A program made the position numbers and the translations under genes. From positions 30,517,947 through 30,581,946 of the forward strand of contig JASCQW010000122.1 of the NCBI GenBank assembly GCA_030264375.1: a stretch of DNA of 64,000 nucleotides. Direction: 5' to 3'. The stretch's first letter is position 1. Each line of letters opens with the position of its first letter. Below the pieces are notes generated by a model that had not been told where the DNA came from, ran no database searches, and was given only the letters and a program-made list of their open reading frames with translations. The DNA is from Carcharhinus longimanus. Its lineage: Eukaryota. This document shows, in pieces, positions 50,445 to 61,857 of the stretch.

Positions 50445-51485
50445 ATAAAACCATAGAACATTACAGCACAGAAACAGGCCTTTTGGCCCTTCTTGTCTAT
50501 GCTGAACCATTTTTCTGCCTAGTCTCANNNNNNNNNNNNNNNNNNNNNNNNNNNNNNNNNNNNNNNNNNNNNNNNNNNNNNNNNNNNNNNNNNNNNNNNN
50601 NNNNNNNNNNNNNNNNNNNNNNNNNNNNNNNNNNNNNNNNNNNNNNNNNNNNNNNNNNNNNNNNNNNNNNNNNNNNNNNNNNNNNNNNNNNNNNNNNNNN
50701 NNNNNNNNNNNNNNNNNNNNNNNNNNNNNNNNNNNNNNNNNNNNNNNNNNNNNNNNNNNNNNNNNNNNNNNNNNNNNNNNNNNNNNNNNNNNNNNNNNNN
50801 NNNNNNNNNNNNNNNNNNNNNNNNNNNNNNNNNNNNNNNNNNNNNNNNNNNNNNNNNNNNNNNNNNNNNNNNNNNNNNNNNNNNNNNNNNNNNNNNNNNN
50901 NNNNNNNNNNNNNGGGTCATTGTTTTTTAACTGGTCGGCTCAACATCGTGGGCCGAAGGGCCTGTTCTGCGCTGTAATGTTCTATGTTCTCTGCACTCTT
51001 TCAGTCTTATTAATATCCTTCCTGTAATTAGGTGACCAAAACTGCACACAATACTTTAAATTCGGCCCCACCAATGTCTTATACAACCTCACCATAACAC
51101 GTGGGATTTTTCTCCTTACAGCAAAGGTTATGGAGAGATTGAACAGAGATGTTCAAAATTATGAGAAATTCGAGAGAATAAATATGAATGAACATTTTTG
51201 CTGACCACTTGTAAGAAGGGCGATAACCAAACGGTTGCAGATTTGAGATAATAGTAAAAGAACCAAAGCAGAGATCTGGAGGTTTTTTTAATGCCGTGAG
51301 TTAGTATGATTTGGAATATGCTGTCTGAGAGTGTATTGGAAACAGATTCAATAGTAAGTTTCAAAATGGAACTAGATACACACTTGAAAAGGAAATATTT
51401 GCAAAACTGTGAGGAAACAGTAGAGGAGTGGGATTATTTCCTCGTTCAAAGAGATGGCAAAGGCACAATAATGGTGCTGTATGAT
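50445..51485. mobile_element. Cluster of CR1 fragments in both orientations around a 386-nt N gap
   Basis: CR1 tails (acagaaacaggcc; gggccgaagggcctgttctgcgctgt) and RT C-terminal remnant ggagagattgaacagagatgttcaaaattatgag. Confidence 0.65.
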
Positions 51486-51487
51486 TC

Positions 51488-51702
51488 AAGCTTAGCTCAG
51501 TTGGCCGGACAGCTGGTACAGAGTGATGCCAACAGCATGGGTTCAATTCCCGTTATGGTTGAGGTTATTCATGAGGCCCTGCCTTCTCAGCCTTGCCCCT
51601 TGCCTGAGGTATGGTGATCCTCAGGTTAAATCACCATCAGTCAGCTCTCCCCCTGAAAGAGCAGGGCAGCCTATGGTTACCTGGGACAATGGTGACTTTA
51701 TG
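51488..51702 (+). mobile_element. tRNA-derived SINE of a different family; inverted copy at ~18490-18845 carries an internal insertion
   Basis: A-box tagctcagttgg, B-box gggttcaattccc, body cctgaggtatggtgatcctcaggttaaatcacc. Confidence 0.7.
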
Positions 51703-52062
51703 TGATTCTGCCTGAATTTAATGCCTGAATATCTCTCAATAGTCTGAGTTTGATACCAATATTTTGATACTTTAGGTTGGGAAAGGATTTGTCAGCTTAT
51801 TCAAATCATTTGAAAACAAGCTGAAAGATAACATTTTAGGTGGATCGGCCACACTAATTTCTCCTTAGTATCAGGGGGACTAGCTAAAGTAAACGCATGG
51901 GGGTTATCGGTATAGGGCCTGGTGGGATTGTGGTCAGTGCAGACTTGATGGGGCGAATGGTCTCCTTCTGCACTGTAGGCATTCTATGGATCTATGATTT
52001 TACAGTAACTTCCATCAACTGCCAACTGAATTGTTTTAGCCCAGAGAGATGGCTAGCCAGTC

Positions 52063-52380
52063 ATAAGAACATAAGAAATAGGAGCAGGGGTAGGTCATCT
52101 AGCCCTTCGAGCCTGCCCCGCCATTCAATAAGATCATGGCTGATCTGAAGTGGCTCAGTTCCACTTTCCCGCNNNNNNNNNNNNNNNNNNNNNNNNNNNN
52201 NNNNNNNNNNNNNNNNNNNNNNNNNNNNNNNNNNNNNNNNNNNNNNNNNNNNNNNNNNNNNNNNNNNNNNNNTACCTCTACCCTATCCATCCCCTTCATT
52301 ATCTTATACGTCTCTATAAGATCCTCCCTCATCCTTCTAAACTCCAACGAGTACAGACCCAGTCTATTTAGTCTCTCTTC
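52063..52380 (-). mobile_element. CR1 3' fragment with gap
   Basis: EFRRMREDLIETYKIMKGMDRV; tail cataagaacataagaaataggagcagg. Confidence 0.85.
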
Positions 52381-52634
52381 AGCTTTGCTTATTATAGAAA
52401 GTAAAAATGAAATCCAGCTTTTGCATTCGGTGTGATTTTAACATTGGTAGTATCCTGTTTTAGAAGCCCCGGTATACAGTGAGGAAGTGATACCCTCTTC
52501 ACTCGAATTTTAAATTGTTTCTGCTCTTAACAAAACAAAGAACCAGTAAAATGAGTTTTGGAAATTTTTCATGTCAGCTTGAAATCTTTGATAACTGTTC
52601 TATTCCTTGCTAATTCTAATTAATAATAGAAGTA

Positions 52635-52810
52635 CATAATCTGGACTGGGACTCCAACGCAATTCTGGGGGAGTGCTGCACTGTTTTTCAGGCCATGAAC
52701 TAAATTAAGGTTTTGCTTTTCACTTTCAGGTGGACGTCAATGAGCCTAAGCGAAGAAGAACATGCACGTTTAATGCAGTAAACATCGTAGTATTTGGATA
52801 TATTTATTTA
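52635..52810 (+). mobile_element. Deu-domain SINE fragment, highly degenerate
   Basis: gggggagtgctgcactgt..tcaggtggacgtcaatgagcc..cgaagaaga. Confidence 0.45.
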
Positions 52811-52894
52811 ATGAAGATTTTCAATTAATGCACTTTCTTTCCCTCATTCCACATTTTAGACTGGCTGTCAGGTACAGAGCAGGAAAGAGCTTCT

Positions 52895-53262
52895 TAGAGC
52901 TTCACCACATGGAAACATGCCCAGTTTTTACCACTAAGCCAGTCCCAGTTGCACACATTTAGCCCATATCCCTTGATACCCATCTTCCCCATGTAACTGT
53001 TTAAATGCTTTTTAAAAGACAAACATGTGCCTGCCTCTTCTATTATCTCTGGCAGCTCGTTCGAGACACCCACCATCCTCTGAGTGAAAAAAAATGCCCC
53101 TCTGGACCCTTTTGTATCTCTCCCCTCTCACCTTAAACCTATGCCCTCTGTTTTAGGCTCTCTGCCTTTGGGAAAAGATGTTGACTATCTATCTATGCCC
53201 CTCATTATTTTATAGACCTCTATAAGGTCACCCCCAAGTTTCCTACACTCCAGGGAAAACAG
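52895..53262 (-). mobile_element. CR1 3' fragment
   Basis: NELPEIIEEAGTCLSFKKHLNSYM motif and 3' UTR. Confidence 0.75.
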
Positions 53263-53902
53263 TCTTTGCAAAGGGAGAATGATCATTCTGTTATCTGCTG
53301 ACCACAGATAAATCCAAAAGTTATTTGCTTTTTCCTTTTTTTTAAAGACTTCCAGCAACAGTAAGTTAACTTTCTAAAATTTAATAGAATACATCGTTGC
53401 AATGTTAACATCCACTTTTTTTCAGGAAGACACACTCGGAGGTTGTACGGCTGGAGGACAGCACTTGGAGTGAGGACAGCACTTGGACTGCATGTGCACA
53501 CAATGAAATTTGTTGGCTGCACTCCTCAAAGCTGTAATAAGAAACAGCAATGTTCCATACGCACAGTTAAGAGTGCTGGCTTTCAATTGTGAGAATTGTT
53601 CATGAGTATATTTCACATCCAGGACTTTTTCCATGTGGAGCCAGATCTAACGATATAGGGTCTGAGATGTCATTCATGAGTTAGTGGGTCACAGAATAAT
53701 TATAAGCATTGATACCTTGACAGGCCCATCTGAGTAACAAATGGTGCAGAGATTTTAATGATTGGAACATTTTTCACAGGAATCAATATGGTAGGATAAT
53801 TGTCCAATGAGTTGCTTTATGTAAATGATTTAAGTCCCAGCAGAATTTTCTCATCCTGCCCACGGCGGGAATCATAGCGGGCAGGGTGACCATCATGGGA
53901 CC

Positions 53903-54262
53903 ATAAGACATAGGAGTGGAATTAGGCCACTTGGCCCACTGAGTCTGCTCCGCCATTCAATCATAGCTGATTTTTTTCTCATCCCCATTCTGCTGCCTTT
54001 TCCCCATTAATCAAGAACTTATCTACTTCTGTCTTAAAGACACTCAATGACCTGGCTTCCACAGCTCTCTGCGGCAAAGAGTTCCACAGATTCACCACTC
54101 TCTGGCTGAAGAAATTCCTCCTCATTTCAGTTTTAAAGGAAGTTGTGTCCTCTGATTCTAGTTTTTCCTACTGAAGAAACTAGAATCCTCTCCACATCCA
54201 CACTATCCAGGCCTTGGAGTATCCTGTAAGTTTCAATAAGGTCCCCTTTCATCCCTCTAAAC
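53903..54262 (-). mobile_element. CR1 3' fragment inserted into a MITE (53843-54340)
   Basis: EFRGMKGDLIETYRILQGLDSVDVER; MITE halves flank it on both sides. Confidence 0.8.
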
Positions 54263-55934
54263 TCCACCATGGAAAGGTCTGTTGACCTCGGGTGAGATTT
54301 TCCAATCTTGGGACGTGCACGGCTGAAAAATCGTGCCCGACTGTAACTTGTGAAGAACAAGTATAATGTTAATTTGACAATTATTCTTTGCTTTACAATT
54401 CCTGATTTGAAAAGGCAAGTTGACCAGATTGTTGCAGCAAGAGGCTGGGGATACTCTGTGACACATGACATCTAGATTAAGAACTGGGAGTGGGAACCAG
54501 TTTTAGATCCGTCTCCACGTACATGGAATGGTTCATCCTTGCTTGCTCAATATTTGTTGGAAGCCGCTACCTGTGGTTCAAAGATGATTGTAAAAGGGAA
54601 ATCTTCCTGCACACTCACCCTTCCCAAATGCTCGTCAGGAATACTGCACCTGCCAAGTCCAAGGATCACTGGGGTTTCTACCCTCCCTCCCCCCCCACTC
54701 CCCCCGGCCCGCCCCCGACCATTTACATTACTTGAGAACGTACACAGAGCCTACCATTACCAAAGGGGCCAGAAGTAAAGGACCAGATGCAGACCTCCAT
54801 TGACAGCAGAAGTGAATCTGCCCTTAGAATCTGTTGGGTGATGACAGAAATTGTGACCATTCAGGATCCCAGTGGGTCTGGTGGTTATTAATGAAGAAGG
54901 CTTATCTTAATCATTTTAAGTTGAATATGCATAGGTGAGGTGGTGCTGCAGAGACTAAAGGGCTGCTGGTCCTCTGATTGGCTAGCAGCCCCTAGAGGCA
55001 GGATTTTCATCTTCCAAGGCCCTTGCACCATCAAAGGCAGGCTGTTAACTGTCCAAATTAAATTTAAACATGTGGGAAATGGTTCTGACTGGGTAACCAC
55101 CAGCTTTCTGTCTGATGGATGGGGCCACCCTTAAAAACATTAAAGTGGTGAGGGCCCCCCCTCCCTACACCTTGAGACAGCAGTGAGGCTGCCAGGATAA
55201 TCTACCAATGGTAGTGTAATGAGGCCCTTGAATGACCATCAATTGACTAATTAAAGACTACAATTGGCCTCTGGGTGGGCAGGTCATCTTTGACTTTACC
55301 CATCCTGGCTCGATTGGGGTGGCGAATCAGGCAGGGGAAGGGCCCTCCATGCAATTCTTTCCCTACCAATTATACACCACCCTTCCACCACATTCCCACC
55401 CCACACCCATCTCCTTACCCATTCCTGGAGGGAAAATCGAATTCGACCTGTTGTGGGCTTGGGAAATGTTATTCTGGTGACAAGCTATCACTGACAAATT
55501 GGGATCGGAGTTACTGAGTTATTTCCTTTGTAGTTTCTGGGGTAATTTAGCTTTACATTTTTTCTAAAAGAAAAGGGCCTGTGAATTTGTAGCCATTTTT
55601 GTTTCATTTTCTGGCATGATGGACAGAAAAAGTTAACGACACTTTTCCAGGATTTCAAGCCCAAAGATAAACTTATTCAGGTTTTCTAATAAGTCCTCAT
55701 ATTTTAAAATATAATTAACTGAGAATTTTAAGCTTGTTGTTATGCCTTTCAATACCACAGGATTTATTTTTAAATAATATGGATATATTATGGATATGAC
55801 TGTACATCAAGGAAATGGCAAGTCCTAAAATTGAAAATTACTTCATACAAATTGAAGCAGTGAATTGACATGTAGATAAATTATTCTTCTGATGGCATCA
55901 GATTCAAATTACAGCCTCACTTGACGTCTCAATA

Positions 55935-56240
55935 AACTGAGCCATAAAGATTATGATTGATTTCTCGTTTGTGTTGAGTTAGCTGATCTCAGCAGGACTG
56001 TACTAGAGGTGGTAAAATTGGCCCAGGCATCCTGATTAGAATGAAGAAGTTCAGCCAATGTTCCAGTCTTCATCACTATCTAGTGAGTCTTGGTGTAAAA
56101 GCAATTGTTGAGGAGAGGTTTGCATTTGCCTGCAAAGACTGAGCGGTTCAGCTGCCTGCCGATAATCTCGGTTAAGTCTCATATCATTGATGCCAGTGGG
56201 ATCAGACTCCAGCAAGGAACCAAAGCACTCAGGAGACGGT
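55935..56240 (+). mobile_element. Old SINE-like interspersed repeat; related inverted fragment at ~43640-43745
   Basis: tgagttagctgatctcagc..aattggcccaggcatcctg..tcagccaatgttcc versus ggaaccttggctga..gatgctgaggccaa..gctaactcagc. Confidence 0.45.
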
Positions 56241-56854
56241 TAGCAAGAAAACTGAAAAGGAGCAGTATTTAATTCTGTAGTCTAGAAATAAGTACTGGTG
56301 TTATGAAGGGAAAATGTTCATGCGATATTCCTTTGTCTGCTACTGTAACAGAGGAATTAACCTGAAACTAATTAAATGTCCATTCTGGGCTCTCATTTTG
56401 ACTGTAACTGCATTCATTCTAAAAGACCCCTGTTGTTAATTATCATCAGAATCTCATATTTTCCAATGAACAGGAAATTGTTTGAACATGAATAAAGAGG
56501 ATTCCAATTAAATCCACTTATTCTTTGCTTCTAACTGAGGATTTAATTTATGAGGTACTAGTTGTTTCAGATTGCTCTTCTTTGCTAACACCTCTCTTCC
56601 CTGTTGTGATTTGGCACACACACAGCTACACGAGATTTTATGCAAACATTTTTCATGAGAATGGTCTAACTCCATTAGTCAACCTCTCAAGCTCAGGCTC
56701 AACTTCAGCTGTTTCAGGAGTTGGAGAATGTTACGAGTAGTAAGTAGCAAGCTGTAAGCTGAGGAGGGGCTTCTCGAAATAATCTGTCCTCCATAATTAG
56801 CAATTTCATTGCAAACTGGGATTGTAATTAAGGGACACAGCTTTTCCCTACTTA

Positions 56855-57240
56855 TGTTTGATTTAATTTATTGTTGCCACATGTATTGGTGTGCAGTGCT
56901 TCTTGTGCGCTATACAGACAAAGCATACCTTTGTATGTAAGGGGATTAGGAAAGGAAAGGGTGCAGAATGTACTGTTACAGTCATAGCTAGGGTGTCGAG
57001 AAAGATCAACTTAATGTATGGTAGGTCCATTCAAAAGTCTGATGGCAGCAGGGAAGAAGCTGTTCTTGAGTCAGCTGGTGCGTGATCTCAAACTTTTGTA
57101 TCTTTTTCCCAACCAAAGAAGGTGGAAGAGAGTATGTCTGGGGTGCGTGGGGTCCTTGTTTATGCTGGCTGCTTTTCCAAGGCAGCAGGATGTGTAGACA
57201 GTGTCAATGAATGGGAGGCTGGTTTGCATGATGGACCGTC
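56855..57240 (-). mobile_element. Rex1/Babar-type LINE 3' fragment
   Basis: Reverse complement of the 1-450 and 34600-34985 blocks. Confidence 0.8.
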
Positions 57241-57257
57241 CTGACAATGCTGCTGAT

Positions 57258-57458
57258 CATAGATCATAGAATTCCTGCCGTACAGAAGGAGGCCCTTTGG
57301 CCCATTGAGTCTGCACCGACCACAATCCCACCCAACCCCTATCCCCAAAATCCCACGTAATATCCCTGCTAGTCCCCCTAGGGACACTAAGGGGCAATTT
57401 AGCATGGCCAATCAACCTAATCCGCGCATCACTGGACTGTGGGAGGAAAACAGCGCAG
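57258..57458 (-). mobile_element. HE1-type V-SINE 3' part running into gap
   Basis: CR1-type tail and taaggggcaatttagcatggcc. Confidence 0.8.
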
Positions 57459-57589
57459 NNNNNNNNNNNNNNNNNNNNNNNNNNNNNNNNNNNNNNNNNN
57501 NNNNNNNNNNNNNNNNNNNNNNNNNNNNNNNNNNNNNNNNNNNNNNNNNNNNNNNNNNGGTTGACAGGAAATCGGGCAGTTAGAGAACA

Positions 57590-57882
57590 GGGCAGAGGGA
57601 AAGGATGGGAGGGGTAGAGGGAGGAGATGGGGGAAAGGGGGTAAGAGGGTACAGTCAGGGGAAAGGGGAAAAGAGAAAAGGGTAAAGGATGGGAGGGGGT
57701 AAAGGATGGGAGGGGCAGTGGACGGAGGAGAGGGTGTGGGGAAAGAGGAGAGGGCAAAAGAAGGAGGAGTGAAAGGAAAGGGAGGGGAATATGCAAGTTT
57801 TGGAGAGGGGAGTAAAGGGTGTGGTTTAAGGAACAGGAGAGAGGATGGAGTGAGATGTAGGGTGGGGGCATGGGAGGAGATG
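57590..57882 (+). repeat. Polypurine, G-rich low-complexity tract
   Basis: About 290 nt dominated by GGG/GGA/AAA runs, next to an N gap. Confidence 0.85.
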
Positions 57883-59074
57883 GTCTGACACCACATTCTG
57901 CATTCTTTATCAGCTGGGATGTAGGAAATTCTGGCTGTTTTCCCACCACATGTTACTGTGATCACNNNNNNNNNNATGAGACAATAATAGCAATTGAGTG
58001 CCGTTGACATGAAATCAAAGCTGTTGAAACCAAACGATATCAAGTAATATGAAAAATTTTGGGAAGAATTATTGGCTAGTGTCAGACCAGAATTTCTAGC
58101 AGGTGATTTTGATCCATATACCTTTTATGTATCTTTGGAATTCTGCTCTGGTACAATTTATTGAACAATTCATTAGTGTGTTTCTAAACTAAATAACTAC
58201 AAATGGCTTACCTCTAAAGCTACATTAATTATTATCCAATTTTGTGTCTTTATCCTATTTGTTAATCTGTTTGCAAATGAAATATCTGAAAAATTAATGG
58301 ACACATTTCAACGGAACCTGACAAAGCTACTCAAGGAAAAACTGATGTGTTTTTGGTGAAAATGTGGATCTGTTAAGAATGGAATGTAGGAAAAATTGAA
58401 TTTTTCTTTTAGAATATGGTTGGTTGTTTTAATTAGAAAGTTGTTGACTCTTTTATAATGTTATAGATTGAATCAACTGTTGTGATGGGCTTTTCCAGAG
58501 CTGTCAAAATATAAGCAGAGTTGTCAGATCAGGTTGTTGGATGTGGATTGGCCTGAAGCTTCCTTTGTGGGATGGAAACTCTTAATTAAAAGGTCTCTTT
58601 TTTCAACTTTGTAGTTATAGTGCGTCAACAAGACAGGGATAAACCTTGAGGAAGAGCTGTGTAACTGTAATACCGTTGAGTTACTGTAGTGTAGAGAAGT
58701 TATTCGCTCTCCTGAATGACCCCTTCACTTGCTCTATGTTGCAGTTAATGGCTCATTTTCTGATTCTTCTTCCGTTAACTCTTGTTTCTCTTTTCCCTAC
58801 CACTGTGCTCCTTTTTAATATCAATTATACCTTCCAGACATTGTTCAATCCTATCCATTTCTCCTTAAGACCGTGAGCTTCAGTCCGCTTGCAGTTCAGT
58901 GGCTGAACGGGTGCCATTTTGACCTAACTGATCTGGTTGGAAAACAACAAGATCAGATGCCTATCAGATGTCTATTTTACAGTTTTTTGTTTTCTTTTCA
59001 CTCCAATGGAAAGTAAAATCTAGGGGATTGTCAGGTGGGTATCATATCTCATCAGTTTTTCTCTGGGGGATTAT

Positions 59075-59422
59075 TCATAGAAATCATAGAAACCCGACAG
59101 TGCAGAAGGAGGCCATATGGCCCATCAAGTCTGCACCAATCACAATCCCACCCATTCCCTACCCCCATATCCCTACATATTTACCCACTAATCCCTCTAA
59201 CCTACACATCTCAGGACAGTAAGGGGAAATTTTAGCTTGTCCAATCAACCTAATCCGCACATCTTTGAACTGTGGGAGGAAACCGGAGCACCAGGAGGAA
59301 ACCCACGCAGACACAAGGAGAATGTGCAAACTCCAAACAGACAGTGACCCAAGCTGGCACTTGAATCTGTGTCCCTGCTGCTCTGAGGCAGCAGTGCTAA
59401 CCACAGTGCCACTGTGCCACCA
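59075..59422 (-). mobile_element. HE1-type V-SINE, full length, CR1-type tail
   Basis: Reverse complement of the 5061-5380 family. Confidence 0.9.
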
Positions 59423-60544
59423 CACTGTGATCCCCCCTGAAGCCAGCTGCAAAGTGTATCTTGATATTTTGCACAAGTTGAACTGGACAATGTGTATGTT
59501 TTATTTTTTCTTGGAATATGGGTGATATTGTCAAAGCAGCATTTATTACCCATCCCTTATTATCATCAAGCAAAGTAAATCCTGATTTTAACCTAGGAGG
59601 TCCAGAGATCAGGTCAGGAGGTGTTAGGAACAGGTCAGGAACTTACAGTTCTTGAGCTATTCCTAATGCAAAGCCAGTTTAACTCATGATTTCTGGCTTT
59701 GGGACATCTGTTTACCTCAGACAAAGTGGGGCCTAATTTTACAGACGGAGTCACAGTCCAAGTATGTCATTCAAATACACAAGCAAGGTTAATGGTGAAT
59801 TTTTAACTCTGTAAGTTTCATCTTTCTTTTACACTCCTGAGCTTCAGTAATCAACCTGTGTTAGTCTCTGCTTCCATTATACAGTCATCTTTGTAATCAA
59901 AGTGCGTGTGTGCAGAGGGGACATACATCCAAAGTGCTGGGAGCTATTTACTGATCTTTCCTGTCACTATATGGTAAGAATAGAAACTCTCTTCAGACTC
60001 TAGGGCATTTCAGGAATTTGAATGGGTGCCTGTTCTTAAGAATGCCAGGAGGCTCCCTGAAACTCAAATCTTTGAAGTGATATTTTAATATATAATGAGG
60101 TGCAGTGTTAATGTGGTGGATTGGCTACAGACACATTCCATTGTGCANNNNNNNNNNGGTGAAAACATGCAGCTCGCATCTCAGCGAGATCTTAATCCAG
60201 ATTGTGAGATTATCGGAACAATTGAGATGAATCTGTACATTAGCATGAACTTCAAAACTGAACTTGATTCATTTTTGTTACCAAAGGATATTAAGGATTA
60301 TGCAACCAAAACGCATAGGTGGAGCTGAGATACAGATCGACTTGTGATCTAATTTAATGGTCAGTCTGGCTTGAGAGATTAAATGTCCTCTGCCTGTTCC
60401 ATTTTACTTTCACTATTGGTTGAAATACAAAAATATCAACACCAAAATGTCAAAGGAAACAGATGGGACTGAAACAGTAACATTATTGTAACTGAGAAGA
60501 TAGTGTGACTATAATTAGCACTCTTCATCCCTTAATGACACCAT

Positions 60545-60865
60545 TCACACTCCCCTTTGTCTTATGCCATGACAAATTTGTCAATCTCTCCATTTCCTTG
60601 ACCTACCCCTGGTCTTTTATTCTGTAAAAAGTCCGACAACACCAGGTTTTAGTCCAACCTAATTTTATTCTGTCCCACCTCCTCGTCTCCTTTCCAACCA
60701 TATAATTCTGTACATTTCTACCTTTCTCAGTTCTGTAGAAGGGTCACTTAGACCCGAAAGGTTAACTTTGTTTCTCTCCACAGATGCTGCCGTACCTGCT
60801 GAGATTATCCAGCATTTACTGTTGTTATTTCTGATGTCCAGCATTGCAATATTTTACTTTTATTT
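60545..60865 (+). mobile_element. Penelope-like terminal fragment (second family) with degenerate hammerhead at 60729-60767
   Basis: agtt CTGTAGA a gggtc-actta-gaccc GAAA ggtt aact, followed by ctctccacagatgctgcc..cctgctgag..tccagcattt; the same downstream block occurs at ~20010-20065, ~36415-36500, ~44125-44270. Confidence 0.6.
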
Positions 60866-60949
60866 TAACTGATTGATCTATTAAGAATGCAGCACAAATT
60901 CAACCTTGTTCACTGCAGTTCTTGCAGAATGATACTTGGCAGTACCTAC

Positions 60950-61119
60950 CTCACTAGCTGGGCATTATCATGTGGTTTACAGGACAGTAGCTTCATTTTC
61001 CTCCAGTCAAGAAACTCATTAAGCGTAGTGAATGGGTCTGCTGTTATTGAACACTTATCCATGTCAGTCCAAACTTCAACTCCAACAAGGGCAACTCTAA
61101 TGTTCAAGGGTCTGTAAAA
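60950..61119 (-). CDS. ADAM12: ADAM12 internal exon A (metalloprotease domain): FYRPLNIRVALVGVEVWTDMDKCSITADPFTTLNEFLDWRKMKLLSCKPHDNAQLVS
   Basis: 170 nt; acceptor ttttgtttcag, donor AG|gtaggt; phase 0 to 2; closely matches remembered vertebrate ADAM12 FYRPLNIR...HDNAQLVS. Confidence 0.95.
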
Positions 61120-61559
61120 CTGAAACAAAATAATTATTGTACCCAAAACAACATAGGGGCTATATATCAGCTATGTGTAGTTCAGTATTACTATTAGTTA
61201 ATACCAGTAAAACCCATTCTACGGTACTGAACATAAAAATGTAAAAATTGGGCAATAATTCATCACAAGACGTAAACAGAAGTTGGATTTTGCAGTAGTA
61301 ATAACAACAAAACTGCGGACATTCACTGTCATCACTCCTCTGAATTTTAACTTCTGGAGTCCACAAATACACAGTTAAATGCCATTATTCAGAAGTTACT
61401 GCCAGGGATTCTATGCTTCTCCATTGTTGATGTCCCCATAGGTTGCAATCAATTAGAAGTTACTGAACTCACAACAGCATTCCACTTTTACCACTATAAA
61501 AACACGTGAGTAAGTTTCAGTTTATTGAATGAGGTGTATGTAAAATTTAAAATCTTTTT

Positions 61560-61857
61560 TAAGTTTATTTATTAGTGTCACAAGTAGGCTAATATTAACA
61601 AAGCAACAAAATTACTGTGAAAATCCCCTCGTTGCCACACTTGTTCGGGTACACGGAGGGAGAATTTAGCATGGCCAATGCACCTACCCAGCATGTCTTT
61701 TGGACTGTGGGAGGAAACCGGAGCACCCAAAGGAAACCCATGCAGGCATGGGGAAAACATGCAGACGCTGCACAGACAGTGACGCAAGTGGGAAATCAAA
61801 CCCGGGTCTCTGGCGCTGTGAGGCAGCCGTGCTCACCACTGTGCCACCATGCTGCCT
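61560..61857 (-). mobile_element. V-SINE, full length, alternative tail
   Basis: Head cactgtgccaccatgctgcc; tail tttattagtgtcacaagtaggct. Confidence 0.88.

Noticed and set aside
50483-50977. Long ORFs across the large gap
   Set aside because: Almost entirely N
57257-58043. 200-230-aa Pro/Leu/Ser-rich ORFs
   Set aside because: Produced by the low-complexity purine tract and N gaps
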